Origin: Eledone cirrhosa
Lineage: Eukaryota
Length of the DNA stretch: 64,000 nucleotides
Assembly (NCBI GenBank): GCA_964016885.1
Contig: OZ024742.1
Span: 373,054,001-373,118,000 of the forward strand
Reading direction: 5' to 3'
This document shows positions 61,581 through 64,000 of the stretch, piece by piece (position 1 is the first letter of the stretch; every line of letters begins with the position of its first letter). The notes under the pieces are model-generated. The model ran no database searches. It saw only the letters and a program-made list of their open reading frames with translations, and was not told the DNA's origin. Both the position numbers and the translations under genes were made by a program.

Positions 61581-64000
61581 ATCTCTTTCTATATAAACTG
61601 TAAATCTGATTCTATATAAACTGTAAATCTCATTCTATATAAACTATGAATCTCATTCTATATAAACTGTATATCTCATTCTATATAAACTGTAAATCTC
61701 ATTCGATAAACTGTAAATCTCTTTTTATATAAACTGTAAATCTCATTCTATATGAACTGGAAATCTCTTTCTATAAACTGTAAATCTCATTCTATGAACT
61801 GTAAATCTCTTTCTATATAAACTGTAAATCTCATTCTATATAAACTGTAAATCTCATTCTATAAACTGTAAATCTCCTTCTATATAAACTATAAATCTCC
61901 TTCTATATAAACTGTAAATCTCTTTCTATATAAACTGTAAATCTCATTCTATAAACTGTAAATCTCTTTCTATATAAACTGTAAATTCCATTCTATATAA
62001 ACTGTAAATCTCATTCTCTAAACTGTAAATCTATTTCTATATAAACTGTAAATCTCATGCTATATAAACTGTAAATCTCTTTCTATATAAACTGTAAATC
62101 TCATTCTATATAAACTGTAAATCTCTTTCTATATAAACTGTAAATCCCATTCTATAAACTGTAAATCTCTTTCTATATAACCTGTAAATCTATTTCTATA
62201 TAAACTGTAAATCTCATGCTATATAAACTGTAAATCTCTTTTTATATAAACTGTAAATCTCATTCTATATGAACTGGAAATCTCTTTCTATAAACTGTAA
62301 ATCTCATTCTATGAACTGTAAATCTCTTTCTATATAAACTGTAAATCTCATTCTATATAAACTGTAAATCTCATTCTATAAACTGTAAATCTCCTTCTAT
62401 ATAAACTATAAATCTCCTTCTATATAAACTGTAAATCTCTTTCTATATAAACTGTAAATCTCATTCGATAAACTGTAAATCTCTTTTTATATAAACTGTA
62501 AATCTCATTCTATATAAACTGGAAATCTCTTTCTATAAACTGTAAATCTCATTCTATATAAACTGTAAATCTCATTCTATAAACTGTAAATCTCATTCTA
62601 TATAAACTGTAAATCTCTTTCTATATAAACTGTAAATCCCATTCTATAAACTGTAAATCTCTTTCTATATAACCTGTAAATCTCTTTCTATATAAACTGT
62701 AAATCTCATGCTATAAACTGTAAATCTCATTCTATATAAACTGTAAATCTCTTTCTATATAAACTGTAAATCTCATTCTACATAAACTGTAAATCTCTTT
62801 CTATATAAACTGTAAATCTCATTCTATATAAACTGTAAATCTCATTCTATATAAACTGTAAATCTCATTCTAAATATACTGTAAATCTCTTTCTAAATAA
62901 ACTGTAAATATCATTCTATATAAACTGTAAATCTCATGCTATAAACTGTAAATCTCATTCTATATAAACTGTAAATCTCTTTCTATATAAACTCTGAATC
63001 TGATTCTATATAAACTGTAAATCTCATTCTCTATAAACTGTGAATCTCATTCTATATAAACTGTATATCTCATTCTATATGAACTGTAAATCTCATTCGA
63101 TAAACTGTAAATCTGTTTTTATATAAACTGTAAATCTCATTCTATATAAACTGTAAATCTCTTTCTATATAAACTGTAAATCTCATTCTATATAAACTGT
63201 AAATCTCTTTCTATATAAAATGTAAATCCCATTCTATAAACTGTAAATCAGTTTCTATATAACCTGTAAATCTCTTTCTATATAAACTGTAAATCTCATG
63301 CTATAAACTGTAAATCTCATTCTATATAAACTGTAAATCTCTTTCTATATAAACTGTAAATCTGATTCTATATAAACTGTAAATCTCATTCTATATAAAC
63401 TATGAATCTCATTCTATATAAACTGTATATCTCATTCTATATAAACTGTAAATCTCATTCGATAAACTGTAAATCTCTTTTTATATAAACTGTAAATCTC
63501 ATTCTATATGAACTGGAAATCTCTTTCTATAAACTGTAAATCTCATTCTATGAACTGTAAATCTCTTTCTATATAAACTGTAAATCTCATTCTATATAAA
63601 CTGTAAATCTCATTCTATAAACTGTAAATCTCCTTCTATATAAACTATAAATCTCATTCTATATAAACTGTAAATCTCTTTCTATATAAACTGTAAATCT
63701 CATTCTATAAACTGTAAATCTCTTTCTATATAAACTGTAAATTCCATTCTATATAAACTGTAAATCTCATTCTCTAAACTGTAAATCTATTTCTATATAA
63801 ACTGTAAATCTCATGCTATATAAACTGTAAATCTCTTTCTATATAAACTGTAAATCTCATTCTATATAAACTGTAAATCTCTTTCTATATAAACTGTAAA
63901 TCCCATTCTATAAACTGTAAATCTCTTTCTATATAACCTGTAAATCTCTTTCTATATAAACTGTAAATCTCATGCTATGAACTGTAAATCTCATTCTATA

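Larger units (their letters stand above)
1..64000. repeat. Tandem satellite DNA array with a 23-bp monomer AAACTGTAAATCTC(A/T)TTCTATAT and a 21-bp variant (-AT), spanning the whole window and open at both ends
   Basis: ACTG recurs at 11 and 34 (23 bp) and then at 55 (21 bp). The same motif continues in one orientation to position 64000 with only substitutions and rare 1-3 bp indels. The consensus has 5 G+C in 23 bp. Confidence 0.99.

Noticed and set aside
1-64000. CRISPR array (23-bp repeat length)
   Set aside because: Monomers abut directly, with no unique spacers, leader or cas genes.
1-64000. Repetitive protein-coding ORF on either strand
   Set aside because: The + strand has two TAA per monomer. 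The - strand (ATATAGAATGAGATTTACAGTTT) has TAG and usually TGA. The 23-bp period rotates the frame, so every frame closes within a few monomers.
1-64000. Long telomerase-type telomeric repeat, like the 20-26-bp repeats of some budding yeasts
   Set aside because: There is no G-cluster motif. The 64-kb length and inherited multi-kb variant patterns fit recombinational amplification, not template-directed synthesis.
1-64000. Plasmid iterons or a replication origin (about 22-bp direct repeats)
   Set aside because: Iterons occur as a few copies next to a rep gene. Here there are thousands of copies and no gene.
1-64000. Functional promoters at each TATAAA
   Set aside because: The motif is part of the monomer and there is no downstream gene, so it is not annotated as regulatory. 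It is kept only as a low-interest hypothesis.
1-64000. Information-bearing code in the A/T and 23/21 pattern, or a pure sequencing or rolling-circle artefact
   Set aside because: The pattern is explained by nested duplication. Rare variants recur at exact multi-kb offsets with many different periods, which random error or a single-template concatemer would not produce.
1-64000. Embedded transposon, inversion or unique island
   Set aside because: On reading through I saw no non-monomer sequence and no reverse-orientation monomer (TTTACAGTTT).

Overview
The whole 64-kb window is one uninterrupted, head-to-tail, AT-rich (about 22% GC in the consensus) tandem satellite array, most likely eukaryotic heterochromatin. 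The monomer is 23 bp, AAACTGTAAATCTC(A/T)TTCTATAT, mixed with a frequent 21-bp form lacking the last AT, giving roughly 2,800-2,900 monomers in a single orientation. I found no genes, RNA genes, mobile elements, CRISPR spacers or unique sequence, and no support for a new protein-coding system. The informative structure is hierarchical. Rare point variants act as barcodes that reveal small 10-18-monomer units (about 224-408 bp) and nested multi-kb duplications at offsets of 2231, 8445, 6264, 5448, 7183, 2303/2503, 6380, 2588 and 6032 bp. There is also a switch in variant repertoire near 40-41 kb. Offsets were measured by eye from marker positions, and block boundaries are approximate (about +/-50-200 bp). 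The organism and satellite family cannot be named from the sequence alone.
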